A stretch of DNA of 64,000 nt, taken from Cyanophora paradoxa CCMP329. Lineage: Eukaryota > Plantae > Glaucophyta. How positions within the stretch are numbered: position 1 is the stretch's first letter; every line of letters starts with the position of its first letter. The stretch lies in the NCBI GenBank assembly GCA_004431415.1, contig QPMI01000401.1, positions 248,001 through 312,000 of the forward strand, in the 5' to 3' direction. The notes below the pieces were generated by a model. That model ran no database searches, was not told the DNA's origin, and saw only the letters and a list, made by a program, of their open reading frames with translations. This document shows, one piece after another, positions 47,127 through 59,699 of the stretch. The translations under genes and the position numbers were made by a program.

Positions 47127-48772
47127 ATGCCGCCCTGTAAGCGCCAGCGCACGGCCGAGTCAAGCGGGAGCGACGCGCGGGGCGGCGCCGGCTGCAGATG
47201 GAGCGAGCTGCCCGCGGACGTCCTGCGTTCGGTGCTGGAGGCGCTGCGCCCCGACGCGCTCTCCATCCTGCGAGTCTCCCGCGTGTGCCGCGCGTGGTGG
47301 AGGGAGGCGTCGGCGGTGCTGCGGGAGGGGGGCCTGGAGCTCGGCACGGCGTCGCTGCAGCCGCGGCGCGCGAACCAGGCGTGCGCATACGCGTCGACGC
47401 GGCTGCCGCTGCTCACTGCGCTGGACGTCGCCGGCTGCTCCATCACAAACGAGTCCCTGCTCGCCGTGGCCCGCGGTGCGACGCGTCGCGGTCCGCAACG
47501 CGCACCGCCGCCCGACTCGCCAGCGCGCGCCAGGGTGCTCGGTTCTGGAGCGGGTGAACCTCTCGGCGTGCCGGCACCTCTCGAGCGGCGCGCTGGAGAC
47601 TTTCCTGCGCCTGCGCGGCGGCGGGCTGCGCTCCCTCAGCCTCGCCCGCCTGCGGCTCAGCTACCTGCCGCTCCTCGACGTCATGGCCTCCGCCTGCTCT
47701 TCGCGGCCCTTGCCCCTCGAGGAGCTCGACCTGAGCGGTTCCTCCGGTGAGGCGACTCCGATCCGCCGCCGTGCCCTCGCGCCCTCGCTCACGGGGGCGC
47801 CCGGCCGCGCGCCCGACCAGGTGTCCTGCTGCGCTCCCCGATCGGGGGCAGCGCGCATGCCAGCGCTATCGCCCCCCGGCTGCGGCGGGTCAGCCTCACG
47901 GGGCCCCCCGGGTCAGGCCGCGGGGACGCGTACGTCGTTCCCCTCGCGGTGCGCCCGCGGGGTCGAATCGCCGCTCGGCGCGTTTTCGAGCGGGCCGGGG
48001 CGGCAGGCGCTGGCGGGCCTGCCCCTCGAATCGCTTCACTGGGGGCCGGCCCCCGCCCCCGCCATCGAGGCGGTCCTCCCCTCCCACGCCCCCCCTCCCG
48101 GCCACGCCCACCCCGCCCTCTCGTGCGCCCGCCGCGCCGCCCGCGTACCCCGGGCTCAGGGCGTCTCACGCGAGGGATACGTAGGCTGGTGCGGATCTCG
48201 CTGCTCGTGCCGCGGGAGACGCCGCTGGAGGGGGGTAGCCTGGAGGCGCTGCTCGCCGTACCCCTGCCCCGCCTGGAGGCCCTCCGGCTGTCCTTCGTGT
48301 CCCCCTCCGACGCCGCCCTTACCCCCCTCCGCCGCCTCCCCACCGCCTGCCCCGCCCTCCGCGCCCTCGTGCTCGAGGTGAGGCTGTACCCCTCCCTTCG
48401 CTCTTCCCCCCTCTCGAAAAGCTGACCGACCCACGTCTGCAGCTGAGCGCTGGGGCGCCTCACTGGCTGGCGCCGCTCGCGGAGGCGGCCGCGGCCCTAC
48501 CCCTGCTGGCGTACGCCCTCCTCTTCGGGGTGGGGGGTACACCCCCGCAGCAGGAGGCGGCCCTGGAGCCCCTCCGCGCCCGCTTCCCCTCCCTCCGCGG
48601 CGCGCGGTCGCGGTACCCCCACGAGCGGGGGTACGTCTGCGGGGACCCGTCGAAGGCGGACGGGGCCGGGGGGCGGCTGGCGCAGCCGGAGGACGACCGC
48701 CTGGGGGGGTACGCCCTCTCCGTGGACGACGTCGCGTGGCGGCCGCCGGGCGCCCTCGACCGACCCCTCTGA
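47127..48772 (+). CDS. F-box/LRR protein
   Basis: F-box WSELPADVLRSVL..ILRVSRVCRAW; LRRs LTALDVAGCSITNESLLAVARG, LERVNLSACRHLS, LEELDLSG, LEALRLSF. Confidence 0.85.
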
Positions 48773-48952
48773 GGCCCCTTCCCGCGAGGCGCGTGTAGCT
48801 CGAGCGTTCGAAGTCAAGCGGGCCTGCGTATGCCAAGCGTGTGCGGTGCTTCTGAGTCTACTTGCTCTAAAAACCGAAATCGCGGAGCGCGCTCCGGCCC
48901 TTCTGCATCCTTTCTAAAAAGCAAGAAAAGAAGAAGACGGCTCCCCGGCGAC

Positions 48953-51900
48953 CTAAGCGTCGACGTCGGGGGCGGGGCCGCCCTCCGGATCCTCGCCCCG
49001 GGCCTCGCGCCGGCCCTCCTCCCCCCCGTCCCCGCCGTGGTCCCTGTGGGGCCGGCGCCGGCGGAATAGGACGGGGGAGACGAGGCCGGCCTCCTCGGCG
49101 GGGAGGAGCAGCGGGTCGGGGTCCGTCGGCTGCAGGACGACCGCCGTGGAGACGAGCGGGCCCCGCGAGGCCCGCGCAACGCGGTTCAGCACCGAGTCGT
49201 GCAGCCGGATGCTCCGCGCCCGCGCCCGCTCCTGTACCCCGGCCCGTCTCTCAGGGGGGTACCAGAGAGAGGAGAGGGGGAAGGGGGAGGGGGCCCGCCT
49301 GGACGCTGCGGGCGTAGGAGGCGGAGGTGCCGCCCCGCCGCGCCAGCGCCAGCGCCGCCGCGTCGTACAGGTACTGGGCACGAAGTCAAGGGGGGAAAGT
49401 GACAAGGGGGGTACGGGGGGCGGACCTTGAGCTGGTTGCGGTCGGCGGCGGTGGGCCGCCGCCCCACCGCGCGCGCCGCCACCGCCCTCGCGTCGAACTC
49501 TGCCCGGGGCTCAGGGGGGTACGGGGGACGGAGAGAGGGAGCCGGGGGGGTACAGCGAAAGCGCACCGGCCTCGGCGTAGCGCAGGCCCTCCCAGGCGCG
49601 CGCGAAGTCGCCCAGGCTGAACCAGATCGCCACGATGTGCACGTCCGCCCTGCCGCGGCTAAGCAAGGCCGGGGGGTACGCGCCGAGCGAGGCGGGAGGG
49701 GGGGTACGGCACCAGAGGCGGTCCCGCCCGAGGCCGGCGGCCTCCTCCAGCAGCGTCGCCATCTGAGAGCGAGGGGGAGAGGAGTTGAGGGGGGTACCGG
49801 GAGCCGGCGGCCGCGCGCGGGCGCACCGTCGCGGCGCGCGCGCGCCCATTCCTCGCGCGGACGGCGCGCACCTGAGGGGGGGCGCGGGTGAGAGGGGGCC
49901 GGCGGGGTACGAGGGCGGGGTACGGGGCGGGGGCGGACGAGGGCGGAGTAGGCCTCGGAGGGCCCGGTGCGGCCGGAGGCGTGCATGCGGGAGAGGTTCT
50001 GCACCGCCCGCTCGAACGCCTCGTCCTGCGCGAGAAGAAGGTTCGGATCAGACCGGGTCGGATCGTTTTCGGGCTCGGCGGGCCTGGAGGAGGCGGCCGG
50101 CAGCCTTCATCCAGGAGAGGGCGTGCGCGTTGCCGGCCTCCACCAGCGGCTCGCAGATGCGCGCCACGTGCTGCCCGGGGGGGTGAGGGCGGGAGTGAGG
50201 GGAGGGGAGGGGGCGGGGCGCGGGCGCGCCTCGAGCTCCTTGACGGACTCTTCGCTCCCGACGTCCAGCAGACAGCTCGCCCACCTGCGCGAGGGAGGGG
50301 GCGTGAGGCAGAGGGGAGGCGAGGGGCGGGGCGGGGCGGGAGGGCGGACCGCATGCAGAAGCCGTTGAGGTCCCAGAGGGGCACGTTCTTGGGGCCCTTG
50401 CGCGACACGATCTCGAAGAGCTCCGCGAGCGAGCCGGGGCCCAGCTGCCGCCCGGCCGGCCCCGCACGCCGCCTCAGAGGGGGCGGGGGGAGGGGCCCGG
50501 CCCCTCGTGGCGAGCGAGGCGGGCGGCACGCACCACGAGGAGGCACTCCTCGATGAGACCCGTCAGCTGCTGGATGTCCCCTTTGCTCCGCACCTGCCCG
50601 GCGCGGCGCGGCCCGAGATCAGACGAGGGAGAGGAGGCGGAGGGCGGGGGGCGGGCGGCGGCGGAGCTGCGCACCTCGCGGCCGGCGCGGGCGATGGTGC
50701 TGCGGGCCTTGCGCTCGTACACGGCGACCTCCCCGGCCGCCCGCCCCGCCTCCTCCCGCCGCGCCGCCGCCGCCGCCGCCTCCCCGCCGCCGCCTCCTGC
50801 CCCGCCGACCGCCCCGCCGCCTGCCCCGCCGCGTCGCCCCGCCGCCGGCGGAAAGGGAAGGGAAGAAGGAGAAGGGGGAGGGGTACCTCCGCGAGGGACT
50901 GCAGCGCGCCGCAGTGCGCTGCGGGCGGGGCGGGGCGGCGGGGCGTCAGCGGGGCGCGAAGAATCGAGGGCCCCGGCCCCTGCCCTGTGCCCCGCCCAGC
51001 GCACTGAGGTAGAGCCGCGCCAGCTCGATCGAGATCTCGAAGGCGAAGTCCTCCATCCTGTACCCCCCCCCCCGCATGTCAGGGCCGGAGGAAGAGGCGG
51101 GAGGGGGGTACGCCGCGCGCCCGCCGTCCTCGCGCTCCCAGTAGTCGGCGGCGTACGTCTTCAGCAGGGATTCCGCCCCCGCGACGTTCCCGGCCTCGCG
51201 GGCGCCCTGCGGTGGGGTACATAAACGAACGAAGCGGAAGGGGGGGGGCGCGAGGGGGGGGTACCTGGAGGGCCCCGAGGACGAAGTCGGGCCCCCGCCC
51301 GATCTTGAACATGGGCCCCGCCAGGAGCTGAACCGCCCCGTCGAACTGCGTCGGCGACACCGACCTGCCGACCCGGGGTACCGACTTCAAGGCGCGCGGA
51401 GGGGGTACTGCGGCGGAGCCGCGGACCGGGAGGCAAGCCGCAGGGCCCAGTCCCGGACCTGGAGGAAGAGAAAGGTGACGCGTTGGAGGGGAAATGAAAC
51501 GGGGAGGGGGGGAGGGGGCGAGGGGATACCATGTTCGCGTTCGTCTCCTCGGCGCCGTAGATGGCTACCACGTCGGCGACGCGGCGCGCGTACCCGTCCC
51601 ACTTCTCGCGCTCGGCCGCAGAGAGCCGCCGGGGCCCGGGGTACCCCCCCACGGCGAGCCTGGCCAGGTTGCCGGCGGCGTACAGGAGCGTCCAGGGGTA
51701 CTGGTGCCTGTGCTCGGGATTGCTGAGGGCCTCTCGAGCCTCCTTGAACCGGCCCCGCATCGCCATACCGGTCGCGATGAGCGACTGCGACGAGACGAAC
51801 GATGAGCGGCGTGGTACCCCAGGCCGTCTGAAGGGGTACCGCGCACCTGGAGCTTCTCGTTCTCCTGCTCTTTGGAGTCGCGCTCGTCGAGGTAGAACTG

Positions 51901-52783
51901 GTGGATGCGTTCCCACCGCTCGCTCACGTCGGCGCCCACCTGTGCCCCCGCGCGCTCGGACCAACGACGAAAGGGGCGAAGGGGGCGCGGGGGGCGCCCC
52001 GCACCGCGAAGGAGACGAGGGGTACGACGAGCGCGGCGGTGACGCGGGCGCCAGCGCGGCCGGCGACGCGGGCGAGGCTCTCGGCGCGCTCGAAGGAGCC
52101 CTGGGAGTAGACGAGGACGTGCACGGCCTTGTTGTACGCCCGCTCGAACGTTGTGCTCACGTACTCCTCCACCTCGAAGACCGCCGCCAGATCGTCGCGG
52201 ATCGCGCGGATCGCGTCCGCCTGCGCCGGCGCGGGGGTCAGGGGCCGCGCGGACGGTCGGTTCGGGCCGCGGAGGGGGCGCGGACCTCCTCGGCGACATC
52301 GCGCGGGTTGATCGGCAGGAGCGCCCGCGCTATGATCCGCTTGAGGGTCTCTTCAAAGGGGTCCCGCCCCCTGTCGAAGCCCCCGTACGCCGGCCGCGCG
52401 CTCTCCGCGGCTTGGGGGTTGGACCCGTCAATCGCGGGTTGCGACGCGAGCGGGCCGCTTTGTCCGCCGGATGCGCTGCCAGGGGACTGAAGCGGCGCTG
52501 CTCTTCGCGACTCGGGCGTCGCGGGACTTCGTGAGCTAGCTGCGACGAAACCCCGACCTGGCTGCGCTGGGATCCGAGCTGGATCGCAGTCAAAGTGTAC
52601 GCCTGGCGCTGGCTCTCGGAGCCGCCGAGGAGGACGCCGCAGGAGGCCGCTCGGCCCTCGAGAATCAAGCAGATTTCGGTCGAGCTGCGTGTCTGGACGA
52701 TCGCAGATGCGCCTGTGCGCTGTAGACGCTACGCCGATCGTGGGCGGTGGCGCGGGAAGCCAGCCCACCGCGAAGCTCTGCAT
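48953..52783 (-). CDS. Uncharacterised helical protein, possibly plastid-targeted
   Basis: MQSFAVGWLP N-terminus followed by Ser/Arg/Pro-rich leader; many coding-like exons (PFEETLKRIIARALLP; FERAYNKAVHVLVY; ERWERIHQFYLDE; GRFKEAREAL; FAFEISIELARLYL). No family recognised. Confidence 0.6.
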
Positions 52784-53013
52784 TTCTGCCGTACCCGACT
52801 AGCTCGTGCACGTACCCCGCTCGCCTTCGCCGAAAGCAGCCGGCGCCGTGCGCTTGATCGAGTTAGCTAGAGCTTAGCTTAGCTAGAGCTGGTGCTGGCA
52901 TGAAGCGTACGCTAGCTAACACCGCCGACTCTGCTGTGCCGTGCCTTGGAGCGAGCCCCGGAGTCTCACGGAGCCTGCAGCTAGCGCTGGGCCTCGGAAT
53001 TCGAATTCGAAGC

Positions 53014-56000
53014 TTAAGCCGCGCAAGCGCGCCGCTGCAGGCCGGCAGCCTCGGATCGGCGCAAGTCCTCAATAGCCTGTAATAAACTAAGATGAAAACA
53101 CTGCAATAATCTCCCGCGCCCCCGTCTCAGGCGCCCCTGTCGCGTCGCGGTTCGGATCCAGCGCCCGCGGCCGGCCAGTGTCACAGGCCCCCCGCGGGCA
53201 GCCGGTACGGTTCCTGGCCGCGCGGCGGGATCCGGGTCATGATCAGGCGGGGTAGAGGAGGCTCGAAGAAGGCCGGCGGCGGCGGCGCACGTTCTCGAGC
53301 TTGAAGAAGAAGCTGTTGGCCGTGAAGTAGATGCGGGGGACCTGCCGCGCGCCTCGTCTCGCCGGGCCCGGGGGGCGACAGCGAGAGATAGATAGACGGA
53401 TCTAGAGATCCCTTGGAAGGGTTCGCCCACCTCCTTGATCGCGGCGATGGACTTCGTGTCGTTGTGGAAGAGGTCTGCGCGGCGAGCGGCGCGCCCGCGC
53501 GCGGCGGCGGTCAGGTTGCGCGCGCGCAGGCCGGGCCCTGGGCCAAAAGCAAAGCCCGGGGAGCCGGGGCGGCCTGTCGTGACCCAGGGAGCCGCCCAGG
53601 GAGCCAGCGCGGCCTACGGGGAGGCGAGGCTAGGCTGGGCCTGGGGGCCGCTCGAACCGTTGCCGGCGATGACGGCGTCGATGGCGCTCTTGCCCTCCGA
53701 GAGGATCGTCTCCCCCTTGCACAGCTCGATCAGGTTCCCCTGCCGCCCGCCCCGCATCGGATCGGATCGGATCGGATCGGATCAGATCAGATCAGATGTG
53801 ATCTGACCTCGATGGAGCCGCCGGCCTGGTAGTGCAGGCGGATGCCGGCGCCCCCGCACTTTCGGATCACGTTGCGCCGCACCTGCCCCGCCCGCGCCCG
53901 GCGTCAGAGGCGCCCGCGCTCGGCCGCCGCGGACGGCGGCTCTAGCCGGCCGCGGAGCGCGCTGCAGTCGCGAACCTGCGCGGTGGTGGCGGGGTGGATG
54001 ATGATGCCTGCAAGAGCGCTTTCGTCGGCTCAGGCGGAGGCGGGGGCACGGTGCGCGGGCACCGTCCCCCGCGATGGCGTCCAGGCGGCAGTCCTGCAGC
54101 AGGGCCGTGATCTGAGGGCGAGGCGAGCCGCGGCGCGGCGCGGATCGACGTCAGCGGCATGGTCCGGCGCTCGGCGGTTGGGGAGGCCCTGGCCCCGGCG
54201 CCGGACCTCTCGGTCGATGATGACCTGCGCGGACGCGGGGGCGTTTGGGCGGGGCGGGTGCGGGGGCGGGGCGGGTGCGGGGGCGGGGGCGGGGTCAGGC
54301 AGGGGGTCGGGTGCGCACCCCGGCGTTGACGCATTCGCGGATGGTGCAGAACTCGATCTGGAGCGGGCCGCGCTCAGCCGTGCCGTGCCGGGAATGGCCA
54401 CGGGCGGCGCGCACCGTCGGCTCCGCGAGGCGCGAGGCGGAGATGGCCGCCGCCCCGCTGCCGCCGCCGCCGCCCCGTCGGCCCCGGCGCCGCGCGGCGG
54501 CGAGCCGCCGCGCTGAGCAGGCCGGGTCTGGGTCGGGCCCGGGCGCACCGGTGCGGGCACCGGATGGCGCAGCGCGAGATGCGGACCCGCCTGCGGGGCG
54601 AAGGCGGTGGCAGAAGCGTCGCTGGCCGGCCCCGCGCTCCCGCCGCCGCGCGCAGTAGCTATGGATGCGAGGGAAAGGGACGGGGCGGGGAGCGGGGCGC
54701 CGGCCGGACGCAGCAACGGCGGGGTGGGGCGCCCCGCGGGGACGCAGAAAAAGGCGGGGCGGGGCGGGGCGGGGCAGGGCGGGGCCGGCGGACCCCTTGG
54801 TGATCTCGACGGTGGAGAGGCCGTCGCGCCCGCTCGCCATCGAGAGCGTCAGGTTCTCCACCGCCGCCGCCCCCGCGTGGCTGCGCGACCTCACTCAGGC
54901 GCGAGGAGGGGGAGGCGAGGGGCGGGGGGCGGGCGCGGGGGCACCAGGCGAGGGCGGGGTGGCCCTGCGCCTCGATGACCACCGCGTGCTCGTCGGGGCC
55001 CCCGCCCACGATCCGCAGCTCCTTGTCCTGTCCGGGGAGGGAAGGAGGAGGAGGCCTCAGCGCGAGGCGAGAGGGGAGGCGCCGCGGGCTGCGGGCGGGC
55101 GCGCGCCAGGACGATGTGTTCCTCGTAGATCCCCGGCTCGATCACCACCGTGTCGCCCTGCGCTCAAAGTGTAGTGGGGGGGTGTGGTCAGGAGCGGTGG
55201 GCGCGGGCGGGGCGCTGGGACGAGGCGGAGCGGGCGGCGGGCACCGGGTTCGCCGCCTTCAGCGCGTTCGAGATGCGGGAGAAGCCGCCGCCGGACCTGG
55301 AGGGCAGAGGAGGGGCGTGTGAGGGGTACGCACATCTCCCGCGGGGGGCGGGGCGGAGTGGGTGGAGTGGGGCGGTGCGGGGGCGCGCGGGCCTCTTGCC
55401 GGTGACGTGGAGGGTGCGGGGCCCGTCGGCGCGGGAGCGGGCGGAGGCGGCGCCCGGGTCGGCCAGGGCGTACGCGTGCTGCCGCAGGATCGCGAGCACG
55501 TCCTCGGGCATGACCCCGTTGTTCGCCCGCATCCGGTCCAGCGCCCACCTGCCCCCGGCCCCGGGCCGCTCGCGAGGGCGGCGGGTGCAGGGGGCCAGAG
55601 GGGCACGGGCGTGCGCACAGCCGCACGCCGGCCGGCAGGCTGTCGGCGAGGTCGATCTCCTTTCCGTGCTGTGAGTACTGCGGGAGGGGAGAGGCCGGCT
55701 CGGGGTACGGTGGCACGTGTACGAAGGGGTACGGGGTACCTGGTTGCGCCTCCGAAGGGTCGCGAAGAACTGCTGCAGGGCGCGGACGGTGACGTCCACC
55801 TGCTCCGGCACGCTGGGCTCCTGTACCCCCGGCATCTTGAACTTGAACCTGCGCGAGGTTCGGGTCCGGCCGGGGCCCGATCCGGGGCGGGGCCGGCGCC
55901 TCTCGAGGAGCTCCTTGAGCTTGGACTGGGAGGTGAAGCGCATGCCCTTGGGGCTCTCCAGCCAGATCGGGAAGAGCCTGCGGGCGGGGCCGGCCGCGTC

Positions 56001-56674
56001 TCGGGGCGGGGCGCTGGAGACTTCGAGCTCTGCGCCGGGCCGGGGGGCCGGCGCACCGCTTGCCGGCCGTGTGCGCCCACGTGATCTCCTCGAAGCAGAG
56101 CGAGGAGACGGCGGAGGAGGAGGAGAGGCAGATGAGGAAGGCTTTGCTCTGCGCGCGCGGTCGAGGGGTCGGCGGCGCGAGGCGGCGCGGCTCGCGAAGC
56201 GGCGGGGCGGGGCGCCGGCGTGCCTTCTGGATCATGCGGCGGACGAGATCCTGCGTGGATCGCGGCGCCGTCGGCCGGCGCGCGGCGCGGCGCGCCGCGG
56301 GGCCTGCTTCGTTCACACCCGCTTCTCGAGGCCGTAGTCCAGACGCCGCTCGTCGAGCCTGCGCCCGCCGGTGCTGCAGTCAGCCGCGCGCGGCTGAAGG
56401 GCGAGCCCGACGCGAGAGCGCTGGCGCCGCTCTCACCAGCACGAGTACCCGCCATCGTCGCGCAGACCCTCCTCGACGCCCTGCGTGCGCGCGCGAACGG
56501 CCGCTCGGAAGGCCGCGCGCGTCGGGGACCGGCGGGCCCGCGGCCGGCGCCCACCTTCTTGACCTCCTCGACCGCGGCCCGATCTTGAAAGGCGTAGCTA
56601 ACGTAAAGAAAGTGCTCCTGCTTCGCGGCGGGCGCGGACGCGGGGCGCGACCCGCTCCGCGCCGACGCGGCCAT
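53014..56674 (-). CDS. TIR (TIR_2-like) domain + right-handed parallel beta-helix protein
   Basis: LYVSYAFQDRAAVEEV..SKAFLICLSSSSAVSSLCFEEITWAHTAGKRLFPIWLE (TIR); FSRISNALKAANPGDTVVIEPGIYEEHIVLDKELRIVG..VENLTL..IEFCTIREC..RRNVIRKCGGAGIRL..GNLIELC (PbH1). 3' end uncertain (53014-53400). Confidence 0.8.
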
Positions 56675-57077
56675 TTAGTCCTCGCGTGCCCCACCGAGCG
56701 TGGCGGCAGCCGATGTGCGAATCAACTGCTACGCTCGAAGAAGACCCAGTGGGGCGTCTGCAGCTGCTAGACGGTTGCCGCCGCCAGGTCGACCCGCGTG
56801 CTCCCTCGGGACGACTCGGCGAGCAGCGATTTGCTGCACAGATCTATCTAGAGATCGCACAGCAGCCAAAGGGGGCCAGTCCAGTCCACAGGCTTCGAGC
56901 GCCTCCGGGCTCGGGGTACGTGGGAGAGATCAACTGGCCCTGGGGACCGTGACTTGACGGCTCGACGTACCAGCCTTATCAGCAGCTCCAACCAGCTCGC
57001 CAGGCTTAGGATCGCCTGTACCGAAGCCCAGACCGCGGCGATCGCTCCCTTTCAGCCCAGCAGCCGTAACCGCGACG

Positions 57078-58863
57078 ATGGCCGCCGGCGCCAGCGACGA
57101 GGGACTTTTGAAGGCCTGGGCGGGCGCTGTCGAGGAGAGGGTCCTGGAAGGCCACTCGGACTGGGTCCACTGCGTTTGTTTCTCCACGGTGCGTACTCGG
57201 CCCTGCGATCGGCCGTGTTCCCGCCTGGCCGGCTTGGATTTTGCTGTCAAGTGTTGATTACGCGGCCTCGGCTGTCAACTACAGATCAGTTAAAGTTTAA
57301 ACAAGATGATTGATCGGCCGCCGATCGCAGGACGGCAAGATCGCGGTCAGCGGCTCGCACGACGGCTCGATTCGTGCCTGGAATGCCGTGGAGCGCCACG
57401 CTGACGACCCGCTTCGGATCTGGGCTAACGTACACGAGGTCAGGACTAGTGCGCCGGCCGCGGCTGCGGCCGCGGCGCCGACCCTCGAGTGACTGTGACG
57501 CGGGCCCGGGGACAACAGGGCCTGCACGTGAACGCGGTGCTGGCGAGCGCGGCGGGGCAGCTGGTCAGCGGGGGCGGGGACCGGCAGGTGCGGGTGCACG
57601 ACCTGGCAACCGGCGCGGCGCTGCTGCAGCTCGCCGGCCACGAGGACGCCGTCGAGAGCCTCGCCGTCTCCCCCGTGCGCCCCGATCGGGATCGATTGGG
57701 CCGGTCGGGGTCGATATCGACCGGGCGTGGCAGGACGGGGGCGTCGTGGCCTCGGGGTCGGCGGACTGCACGATCAAGCTCTGGGACGCGCGCAGCGGCC
57801 GCGAGCTCCGCACCCTCAAGAAGCTCGGCGGCGCCGTCTCCTCCCTCACCTTCTCCCCGGTGCCCGGCCCCGGCACCGGCCCCCGGACCCAGCGGAACGC
57901 TGCCCTCGGCCCTGACGCCCGCGGCCGCCCCAGCACGGCTCGTCCCTCCTCTCGGGCTGCGAGGACGGCCTCGTCCGCGTCTTCAACATGCGGTGCCACC
58001 AGCCCCGCCCCGCCCCGCCCCGCCGCCTGGATTCGAACCCGGGCCCCGCAGGAGCGCCAAGCAGATCCTCGAGATCGACGGGCACGCCGAGGATTCGATC
58101 CGCGCCATCTCCCTCTCCCCGGTACCCCGCGCGCCCTCCGGCGGCCCCGCGCCCCGGCCGGACGAACGCTCGCCCACGCGATTTCGCGTACCCTTGCCGC
58201 AGGAGGGCGCCCTGATCGCCTCCGGGGGCCACTGCAGCTCCGCGCACGACGCGATCCGCCTCCACGACGGCAAGGTGCCGTACCCCCCGGCCCCTTCTCC
58301 CCCCCCTGACGGGACCACCCAAACCTCCTCCGCTACGGGCAGACGGGGGCCTCGGTGCTGCGGCTCCGCGGCCACATCGGCGACGTCTCCTCTCTCGCCT
58401 TCGCCCACGTGCGACGCGCCGCCCTCGCCCGCCCCTTTCGCTTCCGGCGCCCTCACCGGGGCGGCAGAGCGGGGCGTTCCTGGCGTCGGGGGGCGCCCTG
58501 GACCAGAGCGTCCGCGTCTGGGACTACCGCACGGGGGCCAAGGTCCGAGCCGGCGCCCCGCGCGCTCCGGGTCGCGCCGACGTCCGACGCGGCGCCGGCG
58601 CAGGTGGCGCAGCTGGTCGGGCACACGGGCCACGTCAACTGCGTCGCAGTCTCCCACGTCGGCCCCCCCCCCCCCCCTCCCCCGCCCCCCGCCCCCGCCC
58701 CCCCGCCCCGCCCCGCCCGGCCCGGTCCGACCGCCGCCGCGCGCAGGACGACCTCGCGATCGCGTCGGGCGGCTCGGACAACGCTCTCCGCCTGTGGCGC
58801 GCCCGCCCCCCGAGCGAGGCCGCCGCCCCGGCCGCCCCCGTTGCCGGCGTCTCGGCCGCCTGA
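57078..58863 (+). CDS. WD40-repeat protein
   Basis: LEGHSDWVHCVCFS..VSGSHDGSIRAWN; LAGHEDAVESLAVSP..ASGSADCTIKLWD; LRGHIGDVSSLAF; LVGHTGHVNCVAVS..ASGGSDNALRLW. Confidence 0.92.
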
Positions 58864-59454
58864 GCTCGGCTCGGCCCGGGCGGCGGCTCGCTGCAACGTC
58901 CGCTGGCTATACTGTTAGGAGGTCTCTGCCGGCCCCACCGCCGGGCTAGATCTAGAGCTCGAGTCGGGCCACCCTGGCTGTACATCGTTTAGATTTTCTG
59001 GGCAGGGGGAAGGGGGGGGGGGGGGGATACTCGGTAGATCGTTTCTACTTTGGGCTTCGGGCTTCGCTTTTAGAGATCTTGCAACCCTTGCTTGATTTGC
59101 TGTTTAGCGTGATCGTGATCTTTCATTGCAGCTTCAGCTGATCTTGAATTTTAATGTCGCGAATTGGAATTCATGATCAGCGGAGGGCACTTTAATCTGT
59201 GCACGTGTTCAACGATTATTTTTGAGTTAGTTCGATTCCTCCGACACGACAATCGCAATTACCGTCGTACGACGCGTGCAAGTGCAATCATGATCATAGG
59301 TTTCAAGAGCCATGACTCCGAGGCTCATGACCATGATCATCGATATCGGATCATGAGATTCATGACTCCGCGGGCCGGTACCGGTCGCCGGTCAGACTCT
59401 GAATATCAAGTCCGCGGCCGGTCCAATGACTCTGATCAAAACTAATTAATTATT

Positions 59455-59620
59455 ACTGTAAAGCAGCCTGGCAGGAAATATTTAAGAGGTTGTCTATTAA
59501 TATATAGTACCAAAGTTCTAAAGCCTGATCATTTAGAACAAACCTTAGGTAGTCATGATCAGGCTTTAGAACTTTGGTACTATTAATAGCCAACCTCTTA
59601 AATATTTCCTGCTTTACAGT
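59455..59620. mobile_element. MITE-like foldback element (long terminal inverted repeats, ~21-nt spacer)
   Basis: Left arm ACTGTAAAGCAG[cctggcag]GAAATATTTAAGAGGTTG..GTACCAAAGTTCTAAAGCCTGATCAT pairs with right arm ATGATCAGGCTTTAGAACTTTGGTAC..CAACCTCTTAAATATTTCCTGCTTTACAGT. Left end TA|CTGTA resembles Tc1/mariner-pogo class termini; the right flank reads TT rather than TA. Confidence 0.7.
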
Positions 59621-59699
59621 TCCAACGGGGGGGGGGTTGCCGGGGGGGCTCGCCCCACCTTAGTCTCTCAAAATACAATATTATAATGCAGATCTAATT

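Noticed and set aside
53756-53796. (ATCGG/ATCAG)n repeat as a telomeric or functional element
   Set aside because: Short intronic microsatellite with no further support.
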